A DNA stretch of 64,000 nucleotides, taken from positions 124,001-188,000 of IMG/VR virus record IMGVR_UViG_3300021962_000021; one strand, 5' to 3'. Within the stretch, counting starts at the first letter, position 1; the number at the start of each line of letters is the position of its first letter. The translations under genes were made by a program, and so were the position numbers. Under the pieces are notes generated by a model. The model saw only the letters and a list, made by a program, of their open reading frames with translations, did no database searches and was not told the DNA's origin. Shown here in pieces: positions 48,422 to 57,866 of this stretch.

Positions 48422-48967
48422 ATGAGTAATAAGTGGGATGAATTTATAGAAACACCATCTAAGAAATTTGGATATCAAGTTCCATCGTTTCAACCATCGG
48501 TGTTTAGAGAATATAGAGGTGAAATATTTACAACCTTTCATTCAGAAGAACATCCTGTAATGAGGCATATTCATTATGATAAAGAAGAAATTTCAATTCA
48601 CGGAAGATTTTCTCGTTCATACAAAGGTGTCCTAAGAGGATTACATTGGGATAAAAAGACATGGAAATTAGTTCAGGCAGTAGTAGGTGATATCTACTTA
48701 GTTGTTTTGGATATGAGAGAAACATCCGATACCTATGGTGAGTGGGAATCGTATATAATTTCAGAAAGATTGAGAAACCAGGTTTTAATTCCACCAGGAT
48801 TCGCAAACGGACACTACGCATTAACTGATTGTATGTTTCACTATAACTTATTTTACAAAGATGGTTATGTTGATGCAAACGAACAATATGTTGTGAAATG
48901 GAATGACCCGGAGTTTCAAATGGAATGGCCGACCGATAAACCTATATTACAAAAAAGAGATAGATAA
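48422..48967 (+). CDS. rmlC: dTDP-4-dehydrorhamnose 3,5-epimerase (RmlC-like cupin)
   Basis: FREYRG, SYKGVLRGLHW, KLVQAVVGDIYLVVLDMR, IPPGFANGH, KWNDP. Confidence 0.88.
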   Translation: MSNKWDEFIETPSKKFGYQVPSFQPSVFREYRGEIFTTFHSEEHPVMRHIHYDKEEISIHGRFSRSYKGVLRGLHWDKKTWKLVQAVVGDIYLVVLDMRETSDTYGEWESYIISERLRNQVLIPPGFANGHYALTDCMFHYNLFYKDGYVDANEQYVVKWNDPEFQMEWPTDKPILQKRDR

Positions 48968-49596
48968 TGATAAAAAATTTAGAACAATATTCAATAGTTA
49001 GACCTATTGAACAAACTGCAGAAACATTAATTGATTTTGAAAATCTAATAGTAAAACATTGGGAAGAAGGAAAAATTAGAGGACCTATCCATCTTTCAAA
49101 CGGAAACGAAGAACAACTAATAGAAATTTTCAGTAGAATAAAAACTACCGATTGGGTATTTTCAACTTGGCGTTCTCATTACCATGCACTATTAAAGGGA
49201 GTTTGTCCCGTTTGGATTGAAGAAGAAATTCTAAAAGGAAAATCTATTACTCTTTGTAATATTGATGAAAAGTTTTATTCATCTGCAATAGTTGGTGGGA
49301 CATTATCCATTGCATTAGGCGTCGCAATGGGAATTAAAGAAAGGGGTAGTGATGAAAAAGTATTTGTATTTATAGGTGACATGTCTTTCGAAAGTGGTAT
49401 CTTCTATGAAGTTCACAAATATTCTAGAAACTTTAATTTACCAATTGTATTTGTTGTGGAAGATAATGGCGTTTCAACATACACACCGACCGAAGCAACT
49501 TGGAATGTAAAAAGAGAAATTCCATCGGATGTTATTCATTACACTTATAAATCAAAATATCCACATTACGGAAGTGGTAAGTGGGTAGTATTTTAA
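48967..49596 (+). CDS. ThDP-dependent enzyme, short PDH E1-alpha-like subunit
   Basis: GPIHLSNGNE, STWRSHYHAL, ThDP motif GDMSFESG...VVEDN; only 209 aa. Confidence 0.85.
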   Translation: MIKNLEQYSIVRPIEQTAETLIDFENLIVKHWEEGKIRGPIHLSNGNEEQLIEIFSRIKTTDWVFSTWRSHYHALLKGVCPVWIEEEILKGKSITLCNIDEKFYSSAIVGGTLSIALGVAMGIKERGSDEKVFVFIGDMSFESGIFYEVHKYSRNFNLPIVFVVEDNGVSTYTPTEATWNVKREIPSDVIHYTYKSKYPHYGSGKWVVF

Positions 49597-49597
49597 T

Positions 49598-50803
49598 ATG
49601 CTATACCAAAACGATATACATAATTTTGATAAATTCACAAAAGATTGGGATTTAGAAACCGAATATGTTTTATTTGGTGCAAGTAAGGAATGTGTCCAAT
49701 TTATTCGTAGTATGGATATATTAATGGGAGAAGGTGTATTGAAAATAAAATACATAGTTGACCATTCTATAAAAGATAAAGATACTTTGGATAACATAAA
49801 AGAAATAAGTTCGGCATATCACGAATCAAAAGTAATTCAATCAAATAGAAATAATTTAAAGTTGGTTAATATGGATGAATATGATTTCAATCTAAATCAA
49901 CAAATTATTATTACAACCGATGTATTTAAAAACAAATACAAAAAGTTATTGGATGAAAAAAATATAAAGTGGACTTGGTATAAACACATTGCTTCCATTT
50001 GGCCTTTCAAACATAAAAACAAAACTCATATATTTCAAACGGATGTATTGGTGACTGAAAAATGCACATTAAATTGTTCTCATTGTAATATGTTCATGCC
50101 ACATTTTGAAACACCAATTCATAGAGAAGTTGATACAATAAAGAACGATATTGATTCATTTTTTAATAAAGTGGATTATGTTAGTGTGTTTCATTTGGTA
50201 GGTGGAGAGCCATTTTTATATCCAAATATTGAAGATGTAGTTAGATATGTTATTACAAACTACATTCATAAAATTGATAAATTAATAATTACAACCAACG
50301 GAACAATTTTACCAAAAGATAGCATGCTTAATTTATTAAAAGTAAATGATGTTATTTTGAGTGTAAGTGATTATACCGATAAGCTGGAAAATATAAAAAA
50401 GAAAGTCACAAAGGTATTAGAAAAATATAAAGAAGTTGGAATCAATCATTATGTTAGAAATGAAATTGAATGGTATGATTTCGGAGATTTAAGAATAAAG
50501 GGTGGTAGAACAACGGAACAATTGATAAATCATTTTGATTCATGTACAGCACCATTTAGAGGATTAAATGATGGTAAGTTTTACTATTGTCACCTAAACA
50601 CATCGGCAGTTAGAACAAACTTATTTCCATTAAACGATAATGATTATGTTGATATAAAAATAATTTCAAACGAAGAACTATTAAAGTTTGATTTGGGTTA
50701 TACTGACTTAGGATATATTACATTTTGTGATAATTGCAATGGTTGCAACACCGGAATTAAAATACCTGTAAGTTACGAAAAGCAAGGAGTTAGAGATTTA
50801 TGA
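49598..50803 (+). CDS. Radical SAM protein
   Basis: CTLNCSHC, LVGGEP, TTNGT, C-terminal C...YYC...CDNC. Confidence 0.88.
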   Translation: MLYQNDIHNFDKFTKDWDLETEYVLFGASKECVQFIRSMDILMGEGVLKIKYIVDHSIKDKDTLDNIKEISSAYHESKVIQSNRNNLKLVNMDEYDFNLNQQIIITTDVFKNKYKKLLDEKNIKWTWYKHIASIWPFKHKNKTHIFQTDVLVTEKCTLNCSHCNMFMPHFETPIHREVDTIKNDIDSFFNKVDYVSVFHLVGGEPFLYPNIEDVVRYVITNYIHKIDKLIITTNGTILPKDSMLNLLKVNDVILSVSDYTDKLENIKKKVTKVLEKYKEVGINHYVRNEIEWYDFGDLRIKGGRTTEQLINHFDSCTAPFRGLNDGKFYYCHLNTSAVRTNLFPLNDNDYVDIKIISNEELLKFDLGYTDLGYITFCDNCNGCNTGIKIPVSYEKQGVRDL

Positions 50804-51240
50804 AAGTAATAATTGATATAGATAATACACTTTGTATTAGTAATGAAAGATTTAGATTAGCAACAAAACCTGATGGAAAAATAGATTGGGATATTGCACA
50901 TAGAATAGACCTTATAGAAAAAGATAAACCAAACTGGCCAATGATTGATTTGGCAAAAAAATATAAGAAAGATGGATTCGAAGTTATTGTTTTAACAGGA
51001 AGACCAGAATCGGTTGAAAAGGTTACGGAAGAGTGGTTGGAAAAATATGGTGTAGAATATGACCAATTGATTATGAGAAATCGCAGTTCACATTTTTTAA
51101 AAGCTCCTGTTTATAAAGAGAAAGCATATAAAACTCTAATAAAATCAGATGTATTTTGTGCATATGATGATGAGGAAGAAATAATACAAATGTGGAATAG
51201 TTTGGGAATACCGGCATTTAAAGTTTATGGAATTGATTGA
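50800..51240 (+). CDS. HAD-family phosphatase (PseT phosphatase-domain-like)
   Basis: DIDNTL (motif I), LTGRP (II), K, AYDDE (IV). Confidence 0.85.
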   Translation: MKVIIDIDNTLCISNERFRLATKPDGKIDWDIAHRIDLIEKDKPNWPMIDLAKKYKKDGFEVIVLTGRPESVEKVTEEWLEKYGVEYDQLIMRNRSSHFLKAPVYKEKAYKTLIKSDVFCAYDDEEEIIQMWNSLGIPAFKVYGID

Positions 51241-52210
51241 TAAACATATAAAATTATTGTTACAACACAGAGATTTACAAAACCCAAACTCTTTTGAAGA
51301 TTTGGGTTATAATTTTTTTGGACCAATCGTTTTTAATTTTTTTGATTGGTTGCGAAAAGAATTAGATGGTTGTGATTTGGTTTTATTTAATTCCAGAGAA
51401 GGATATTTTTTTATAAAAATATATGAATTGTTTAAAGAAAAGTATAATTTACCAAAATACGAATATTTTAAAACATCAAGAAAATTATCAACTATTGCAT
51501 CTTTAAAAACGGAACAAGATATATACGATACATTTAAACTACACCGATATTCTGGCAATTTAAATGGTTTATTGAAGAATAGATTTGGAATAGATATTGA
51601 GGATAATTTTGATATTGATACATCTAAAGAAATTCCAAATTTAAGTAAATATGTTAATGATATTTTGAACAACGCGAAAAGAGTTAGAAGTGAGTATGGA
51701 AAGTATGTAAAGGATGTTATAGGTAATTCTAAAAATGTAATTATGGTTGATAGTGGATTTCAGGGAACAACACAATACAATATTCAAAACACATTTGCAG
51801 TAGAGCTTAAAGGTAGATATATAACATACAAAGGAAATTTACCATTAAAAGATACAAAAGGTTTTTGTGAATTTTATAAAGCGAATTTTAAAGATAACAT
51901 AATATTTTTTGAAAGCGTTTTTACTGATAAAATTGGCACATATATTGATATTACTGATAATAAATTTGTAAATGAAAATATCGAAGTTTTATTTTTTGAT
52001 GAAAAAGAAAAAATTGTAAATGGAGTATTACAATTTATAAAAGATGTATTTGATTTACAAATGGATTACGAAATATCTTATGAATACCCTGATTATATTT
52101 TTGATTTAATGTGTAAGACTGGTTATATAAAAAATGATATATTATTTGATATTTTTTTGCACGATAATTATTATGTAAGAGATAGTATTAAAAAAGTTAA
52201 TAGAATATAA
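51227..52210 (+). CDS. Putative glycan phosphoribosyltransferase (gPRT-like)
   Basis: LGYNFFGPIVFNFFDWL, LFNSREG, YFKTSRK, PRPP-loop-like MVDSGFQGTTQ, FESVF. Confidence 0.6.
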   Translation: MELIDKHIKLLLQHRDLQNPNSFEDLGYNFFGPIVFNFFDWLRKELDGCDLVLFNSREGYFFIKIYELFKEKYNLPKYEYFKTSRKLSTIASLKTEQDIYDTFKLHRYSGNLNGLLKNRFGIDIEDNFDIDTSKEIPNLSKYVNDILNNAKRVRSEYGKYVKDVIGNSKNVIMVDSGFQGTTQYNIQNTFAVELKGRYITYKGNLPLKDTKGFCEFYKANFKDNIIFFESVFTDKIGTYIDITDNKFVNENIEVLFFDEKEKIVNGVLQFIKDVFDLQMDYEISYEYPDYIFDLMCKTGYIKNDILFDIFLHDNYYVRDSIKKVNRI

Positions 52211-52211
52211 T

Positions 52212-53639
52212 ATGGAACATATGCATGGTTCTAAATTTAAATTAGTTTATACCGATTGGTATATACAGAGTGGTGAAAGAAAACCATTTGGTAATGGAAT
52301 TCATCCTGCAATAAGACAATTTATTCAATATGTTCATAGAAATAATTTGAATATAGATTATTATAGAATGTTACAATATGAACAAGAACAAAAAGGAATT
52401 CCATTTGACCATTCGGAATTATTAAATTATTTTGCAAGAAATTTTGAAAATAATATTATCAACATTACACAGATAGAAGATGATGAATATACATACATTT
52501 ATCCTTTAGAAATAAAAGCGACATTAAGTTATCTAACCGCAGAGAATAAATTTTTTTTAAATGATGTAAATTATGTTTGGAAACTAAAAGATATTATTCC
52601 AACGGAAATGATTGAATATTTTAAATCGGGAAAAGTAAAAATTTTAGTAAACATAATACACGACCCATTATATGATGATTACAATATAAGGGAGTTTGAA
52701 TTAGAAATGAACAAATTGGGTATAAATGGGTCTAATATTATTGTGTTAGGTGGTAGCGAATTTACAGAATATTATCAAAAACATCCACATAGTAAAGTAA
52801 AAATTTATAATGGCCATTTATTTATAAAGGGATATGCGGATATGATGAAAAAATTTCCAGAAAAGGGAGATTTAGGATATATTTGTGATTTGGCAAGAAT
52901 AGAAGATTTATCTGAAAATGCGATAAGACCTTACAAATTTTTGTGTAATAATAAAACAATGTCTAAACCACATAGAGTTGCAATGGCCTATTTTTCAATA
53001 AAATATGATTTACTATCGGAAGGGTTATTTTCTTTTATACAAAAATTATCAAAGGATGAATTATTGAGAAATGTTACATCTTTAATAGATAATCCAAATA
53101 AAGAATATATTGATACGATAGAATCAATGATACCATATGAATTGGATACACAAAATTTGGAAGAAAGACAAAAAGCACATTTCGGAGCAAAAAACAATAT
53201 GAAAGAATGGTATACGGATACATATATAAATTTAGTTACCGAAACTTTTTTTGGTAGAAATGTATTCTTATCGGAAAAAATATTTAAACCATTATCTAAT
53301 TTACAACCATTTATTGTATTAGGTGATTATGGAACATTGGCAGAATTAAAAAGATTAGGATTCAAAACATTTGAACCATTTATTGATGAGAGTTATGATT
53401 TAGAAATTGAAAGAAAAAAGAGAATTAAAAAAATTGAAATTGAAATTGAAAAATTAAAAAATAAATCAATAGAAGAAATACACAATTGGTATTATTCTAT
53501 AAAAGAAATACTTATACATAATCAGAATCATTTGTATACATTTGATAAATACGAATGTTTTGAAGAAATATTTCAAAAAATAAAATTAGATTACGAAAAA
53601 GAAAAGTTATGGAATTCTCAGGAAAAAAAGTTATTGTAA
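52212..53639 (+). CDS. Hypothetical protein, ET..SEK..KP family (possibly GT10-like glycosyltransferase)
   Basis: INLVTET..FLSEKIFKPLSNLQPFIVLG..LKRLGFKTF..IDESYD. Confidence 0.5.
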   Translation: MEHMHGSKFKLVYTDWYIQSGERKPFGNGIHPAIRQFIQYVHRNNLNIDYYRMLQYEQEQKGIPFDHSELLNYFARNFENNIINITQIEDDEYTYIYPLEIKATLSYLTAENKFFLNDVNYVWKLKDIIPTEMIEYFKSGKVKILVNIIHDPLYDDYNIREFELEMNKLGINGSNIIVLGGSEFTEYYQKHPHSKVKIYNGHLFIKGYADMMKKFPEKGDLGYICDLARIEDLSENAIRPYKFLCNNKTMSKPHRVAMAYFSIKYDLLSEGLFSFIQKLSKDELLRNVTSLIDNPNKEYIDTIESMIPYELDTQNLEERQKAHFGAKNNMKEWYTDTYINLVTETFFGRNVFLSEKIFKPLSNLQPFIVLGDYGTLAELKRLGFKTFEPFIDESYDLEIERKKRIKKIEIEIEKLKNKSIEEIHNWYYSIKEILIHNQNHLYTFDKYECFEEIFQKIKLDYEKEKLWNSQEKKLL

Positions 53640-54607
53640 CCGGAGCAAACGGATTGGTCGGATTACCAGCAGTTAAAAAATGTTTAGAAGAAGGTGCTGC
53701 AAAAGTATACGCAGTTGACCTTAGATTTAGTGAAAATTTAAACTTTCTAAAAGGACAGCATCCTGATAGATTGGTATTAATTAAAACGGATTTAACTTAT
53801 CTTTCTCATTGTGAAGATTTATTCACTATGGATAAGATTGATATTGTATTACATATCGCGGGTGTAAAAGGTTCACCGGCTCGTTCATCAACGCAACCAG
53901 CAGATTACCTATTCCCAATGTTGATGTTCAATACTAATATGATTAAAGCATCATTTGATGCAAAGGTAGATTGGTTTGTATATCTTTCATCGGTTGGTGT
54001 ATATAAGCCGGCAGAAGTAATGAATGAAGAAGATACTTGGAATCAGGAAGAAACTTGGGCATCAACTCCATCTCGTTTAGATTGGCATCCAGGTTGGACA
54101 AAAAGAATGGGTGAATTAACATTGGATTCTTTAAGAGTTCAATATGGTTGGAAAAATTGGACAGTAATTAGACCTTCAAACATATATGGTATTAATGATA
54201 ACTTTGCACAAGATGCAACGGTGATTAGTTCTAATATTTGGAAATTATTTAATGTAGAGGGTGAGGAAATGGTATGTTGGGGTAATGGTTCTTCTCGTAG
54301 AGATTTCGTATTTGGTGATGATGTTGCACAAGCTACAATTGATGTAGTTAAAAAGGAAGTTAGTGATATTATCAACTTTGGATGTGCAGAAGCAGTAACT
54401 ATTAAAGAAACAATTGAAACTATTGTAGAATGTTATAAAGAATTAACAGGAGAAACCAAAACTATTGTATGGGATGAAACCAAAACAAATGGTGACCCAA
54501 TTAGATGTTTAGGTTCTAAAAAACAAAAACAATATAGTATTCTTCCACAAACATCATTAAAGGAAGGTATTATGAAATCTATTAAAGAATATAAGAGTAG
54601 ATTATAA
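53609..54607 (+). CDS. GDP-fucose-synthase-like extended SDR with non-canonical active site
   Basis: TGANGLVG, RPSNIYG, WGNGSSRRDF; YxxxK is replaced by PGWTK. Confidence 0.8.
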   Translation: MEFSGKKVIVTGANGLVGLPAVKKCLEEGAAKVYAVDLRFSENLNFLKGQHPDRLVLIKTDLTYLSHCEDLFTMDKIDIVLHIAGVKGSPARSSTQPADYLFPMLMFNTNMIKASFDAKVDWFVYLSSVGVYKPAEVMNEEDTWNQEETWASTPSRLDWHPGWTKRMGELTLDSLRVQYGWKNWTVIRPSNIYGINDNFAQDATVISSNIWKLFNVEGEEMVCWGNGSSRRDFVFGDDVAQATIDVVKKEVSDIINFGCAEAVTIKETIETIVECYKELTGETKTIVWDETKTNGDPIRCLGSKKQKQYSILPQTSLKEGIMKSIKEYKSRL

Positions 54608-55290
54608 TGGAAATGTATGCATTTGGTTGCTCCTTTACGGATGGCGTTGGGTTGCAAAATAATAAAACAGAAGCATATCCCATATTATTGGGTAAAAAGT
54701 TGGGATTAAATGTTTATAATATGGGGTCTGCGGGACAATCTAATGATTATATTTTTAGAAATGTTTTTGCACATTTAAAAACTCATATAAAAAAAGATGA
54801 CATTATTTTAATTCAATGGACACATTATATAAGAAAAGAAATTCCAATACAATATAATAATAGAAATTTATATTTAGTTGCACCCAATTGTTTCAATGCA
54901 TTACAAACCGGAACAGCGGATAGTTTATCAAAAAATTGTGTAGGCCAGTATGTTAATCAAAATTTAGAAAGTGATAATGAAGAAATAAAAAAAGAGTATA
55001 AGGATTTTTATAATGAATATATTCTTAAAGCATTGCATGAGGAATATCAAATAACAACAACTGAAAATTATATAAATTCTTTATACACATATCTTGAACA
55101 TAATGGATATAAACACATTCATTTTTTTGGTTGGGATTCTTGTAAAGAACCTTTTAATTTTTATTTTAATAAAATATTAGAAGATACTTTTGGTGGATAC
55201 ACAAATACAAAAAATAATGACCATCCTGATAAAATTGGACATGAGAATTGGGCAAATTATTTAGAAGATAAAATAAAAAAAATGTTATGA
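54607..55290 (+). CDS. SGNH/GDSL-like protein
   Basis: FGCSFTDG, GSAGQSN, IQWT, DHPDKIGH. Confidence 0.65.
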   Translation: MEMYAFGCSFTDGVGLQNNKTEAYPILLGKKLGLNVYNMGSAGQSNDYIFRNVFAHLKTHIKKDDIILIQWTHYIRKEIPIQYNNRNLYLVAPNCFNALQTGTADSLSKNCVGQYVNQNLESDNEEIKKEYKDFYNEYILKALHEEYQITTTENYINSLYTYLEHNGYKHIHFFGWDSCKEPFNFYFNKILEDTFGGYTNTKNNDHPDKIGHENWANYLEDKIKKML

Positions 55291-56324
55291 AACATATAGT
55301 AGTATCGGGTTGTTCATTTACAAATAATTTTAGAATTAATATAGGAGATGAAAGGAGATGGGAAAATGACCCAATAGAAGATTGGACATGGGCAAATTGG
55401 TTACAATATAATTTACAAAAGACTCATGTTTTACACAACTATGGTGCACTAACACATGATAATAAAAGTATTGTTCGTTCTATAATTTATAAAGTTACGG
55501 ATTTATTAAAAGAAGGAATTAATCCGGAAGATATATCAGTAATTGCACAATGGACAACATTGACAAGAAATTCTTTTTTTATTACTCCCGAAAAATACGA
55601 TAGTGTAAATCCTGCATTAAGATATCAAAAGTATAATGAAAGTTGGGCTCACACCACAGATTATCTGATAAACGGTAAAGATAAAGTATCACCGTATCAG
55701 CAGGGGTATTTTCACCTAACAGGTGGATTTAATCCTACAAATAATCCAATTAATATAGACCCGGTTACATTTGAATGGTTAGATAAAGTAATGACATATA
55801 ACGAAAGATATTTTGAATGGTTTGAATATATGAACATGCTTTTAGATTTTCTTCACAATAAAGGAATTACAAAAATTAAGTTTTTTTGTATGAATAATAA
55901 TTTTAGTAAAAAATATTTAGGTGAAGGAAGAACACCACCATATTATCATACACCAAAGGAAAAATCCGTATACGAATGTATTATAGAAAATAAAGATATT
56001 TGTAATACTTGGGAACAAAAAGAATTACAATTTGAAAATGCATATGTAAAATCATATGCCGATAAAATAGATTTCAAAAAATATTTTTGGTTTTTTGAAG
56101 AAAATTCCTTACATTTGTTTGGTGGTCTAATTGAATGGTCAATTAGAAATTTTGATTACAATATGGATAGTGATTTACCAAAAGTATTGTGGAGAGAAAT
56201 GAATGGAATGGATTTAGACGAACAAAAAAAATATTTAGAAAGAAGTTGGTATGGGCACACATCATCTATACTAACTAAAAAATTTGTTAATGATGTGGTA
56301 TTAAATTGGGATATTTTAAAATAA
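55287..56324 (+). CDS. SGNH/GDSL-like protein
   Basis: SGCSFT, AQWT, C-terminal GHTS. Confidence 0.55.
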   Translation: MKHIVVSGCSFTNNFRINIGDERRWENDPIEDWTWANWLQYNLQKTHVLHNYGALTHDNKSIVRSIIYKVTDLLKEGINPEDISVIAQWTTLTRNSFFITPEKYDSVNPALRYQKYNESWAHTTDYLINGKDKVSPYQQGYFHLTGGFNPTNNPINIDPVTFEWLDKVMTYNERYFEWFEYMNMLLDFLHNKGITKIKFFCMNNNFSKKYLGEGRTPPYYHTPKEKSVYECIIENKDICNTWEQKELQFENAYVKSYADKIDFKKYFWFFEENSLHLFGGLIEWSIRNFDYNMDSDLPKVLWREMNGMDLDEQKKYLERSWYGHTSSILTKKFVNDVVLNWDILK

Positions 56325-56328
56325 ATTT

Positions 56329-57321
56329 ATGAATAAAACGGACAAGATTTTAGTTACAGGAGCAAGTGGTTTTATCGGCTCACACCTATTGAGATTATTA
56401 TGGGAAAAAGGATATAGAAACCTAAGAGCAACATCTTATAGTAGAGATTTAAAAAACGATTTCGAAGGAACATCGGAAGTTGAATTTTACAAAGGAAATT
56501 TACAAGATGCGGATTTTTGTAAAGAAGTTTCTAAAGATGTAAATGTAGTATTCCACTGCGCAGCAAACACATCAAACGCATTGGATACGAAAGAAAATCC
56601 ACTATTACATGTTACTCCAAATGTGGAAATGAATGTAAATTTAATGGAACAAAGTTGGAGAAATAGTGTAAGTAAATTCTTATTCATTTCATCTAATACT
56701 TCTTATCCTGATATGGGTAGTGATTGGTGCACAGAAGATATAAATGTTCATGCAACACCTACATTTCCAATTTATGGAGCAGTTGGTAATATGAAAAGAT
56801 ATGGTGAATTACTTTGTCATTTCTTCTCAAATCAAATTCATAACCCAATGCAATGTTTGATTGTTAGACCTTCAAATGCATTCGGACCAAACGACAAATT
56901 TGATTATGAAAAATGTCATGTTACTCCTGCAAACATCAGAAAAGTAGCAGATGGCTTAAATCCAATTCCAGTGTGGGGTGATGGAACGGAAGTTAGAGAT
57001 TTGTTGCATGTAGAAGATATGGCAGATGGTTTTATCTTTGTTGCAGAAAATAATGACAAGTATGATATATTTAATGTTTGTTATGGAGAAGGATTTAGTG
57101 TAAACGAAGTATTAAGTTGGATTAAAGAAGCAGATAACAACAATAATCCAGTTGAATATGTGAATAACAAAGCACCTATGATTCCGGTTAGATTAATGTC
57201 ATCTAAGAAAATAAACGCTGCAGGTTGGAAACCTAAGAGAGATTTAAAAACTGCTTTAAAAGAAACTATCGAATGGTATAAAGCAAATAAACATTTGTAT
57301 AATCCAAATTCAAAACCATAA
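56329..57321 (+). CDS. GDP-fucose-synthase-like extended SDR with non-canonical active site
   Basis: TGASGFIGS, RPSNAFGPNDKFD, CHVTPANIRK, WGDGTEVRD; YxxxK is replaced by VGNMK. Confidence 0.85.
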   Translation: MNKTDKILVTGASGFIGSHLLRLLWEKGYRNLRATSYSRDLKNDFEGTSEVEFYKGNLQDADFCKEVSKDVNVVFHCAANTSNALDTKENPLLHVTPNVEMNVNLMEQSWRNSVSKFLFISSNTSYPDMGSDWCTEDINVHATPTFPIYGAVGNMKRYGELLCHFFSNQIHNPMQCLIVRPSNAFGPNDKFDYEKCHVTPANIRKVADGLNPIPVWGDGTEVRDLLHVEDMADGFIFVAENNDKYDIFNVCYGEGFSVNEVLSWIKEADNNNNPVEYVNNKAPMIPVRLMSSKKINAAGWKPKRDLKTALKETIEWYKANKHLYNPNSKP

Positions 57322-57863
57322 TGAGTAAGCCAGAATTTTCACCATATAAGGATGAATTGACAAAAGCAATGAATTTTCTTTCTGAAAAAGAGGATACGGT
57401 TTTCATTGGACAGCAAATAGTTTATGCCGGAAATCCAATGTCAACTACATTGAATGATGTTCCAAAGGAAAAAATGATTGAAGTTCCTGTTATGGAAGAA
57501 ACACAAATGGGAATGAGTTTAGGACTTGCAATAACAGGTAAAACGGTAATATCATTTTATCCAAGATGGGATTTTTTAGTTTCCGCAGCAAATCAGTTAA
57601 TTAATCATGCTGATAAATTTGAACATATGACCGGTAAAAAGGTCAATGTTATTGTTAGAGTCGGTGTTGGTAGTAAAGACCCATTGGATCCAGGTATTCA
57701 GCATAGAAACGATTATACCGATGAATTCCAATCAATTCTTCAATTTACAAAAGTTCATAAATTAAAAAAAATAGAAGATATTTATAAAATATATACTGAA
57801 GCATATGAGCAAGGTGGTATTCATATAATAGTGGAATGGCCTGAATTATATTATAAAAACTAA
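57321..57863 (+). CDS. ThDP-dependent enzyme, short PDH E1-beta/transketolase pyrimidine-binding subunit
   Basis: EVPVMEETQMGMSLGLA, YPRWDFL..AANQLIN, PGIQH; only 180 aa. Confidence 0.85.
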   Translation: MSKPEFSPYKDELTKAMNFLSEKEDTVFIGQQIVYAGNPMSTTLNDVPKEKMIEVPVMEETQMGMSLGLAITGKTVISFYPRWDFLVSAANQLINHADKFEHMTGKKVNVIVRVGVGSKDPLDPGIQHRNDYTDEFQSILQFTKVHKLKKIEDIYKIYTEAYEQGGIHIIVEWPELYYKN

Positions 57864-57866
57864 ATT

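Noticed and set aside
48967-57863. Pyruvate dehydrogenase as an energy-metabolism auxiliary gene
   Set aside because: Subunits are truncated, separated, embedded among sugar enzymes, and no E2/E3 is seen.
35819-57863. Island as a DNA hypermodification locus
   Set aside because: Not excluded, but no hydroxymethylase, TET/JBP or T4-type DNA glucosyltransferase is recognisable, and the linkage is to tail genes rather than nucleotide metabolism.
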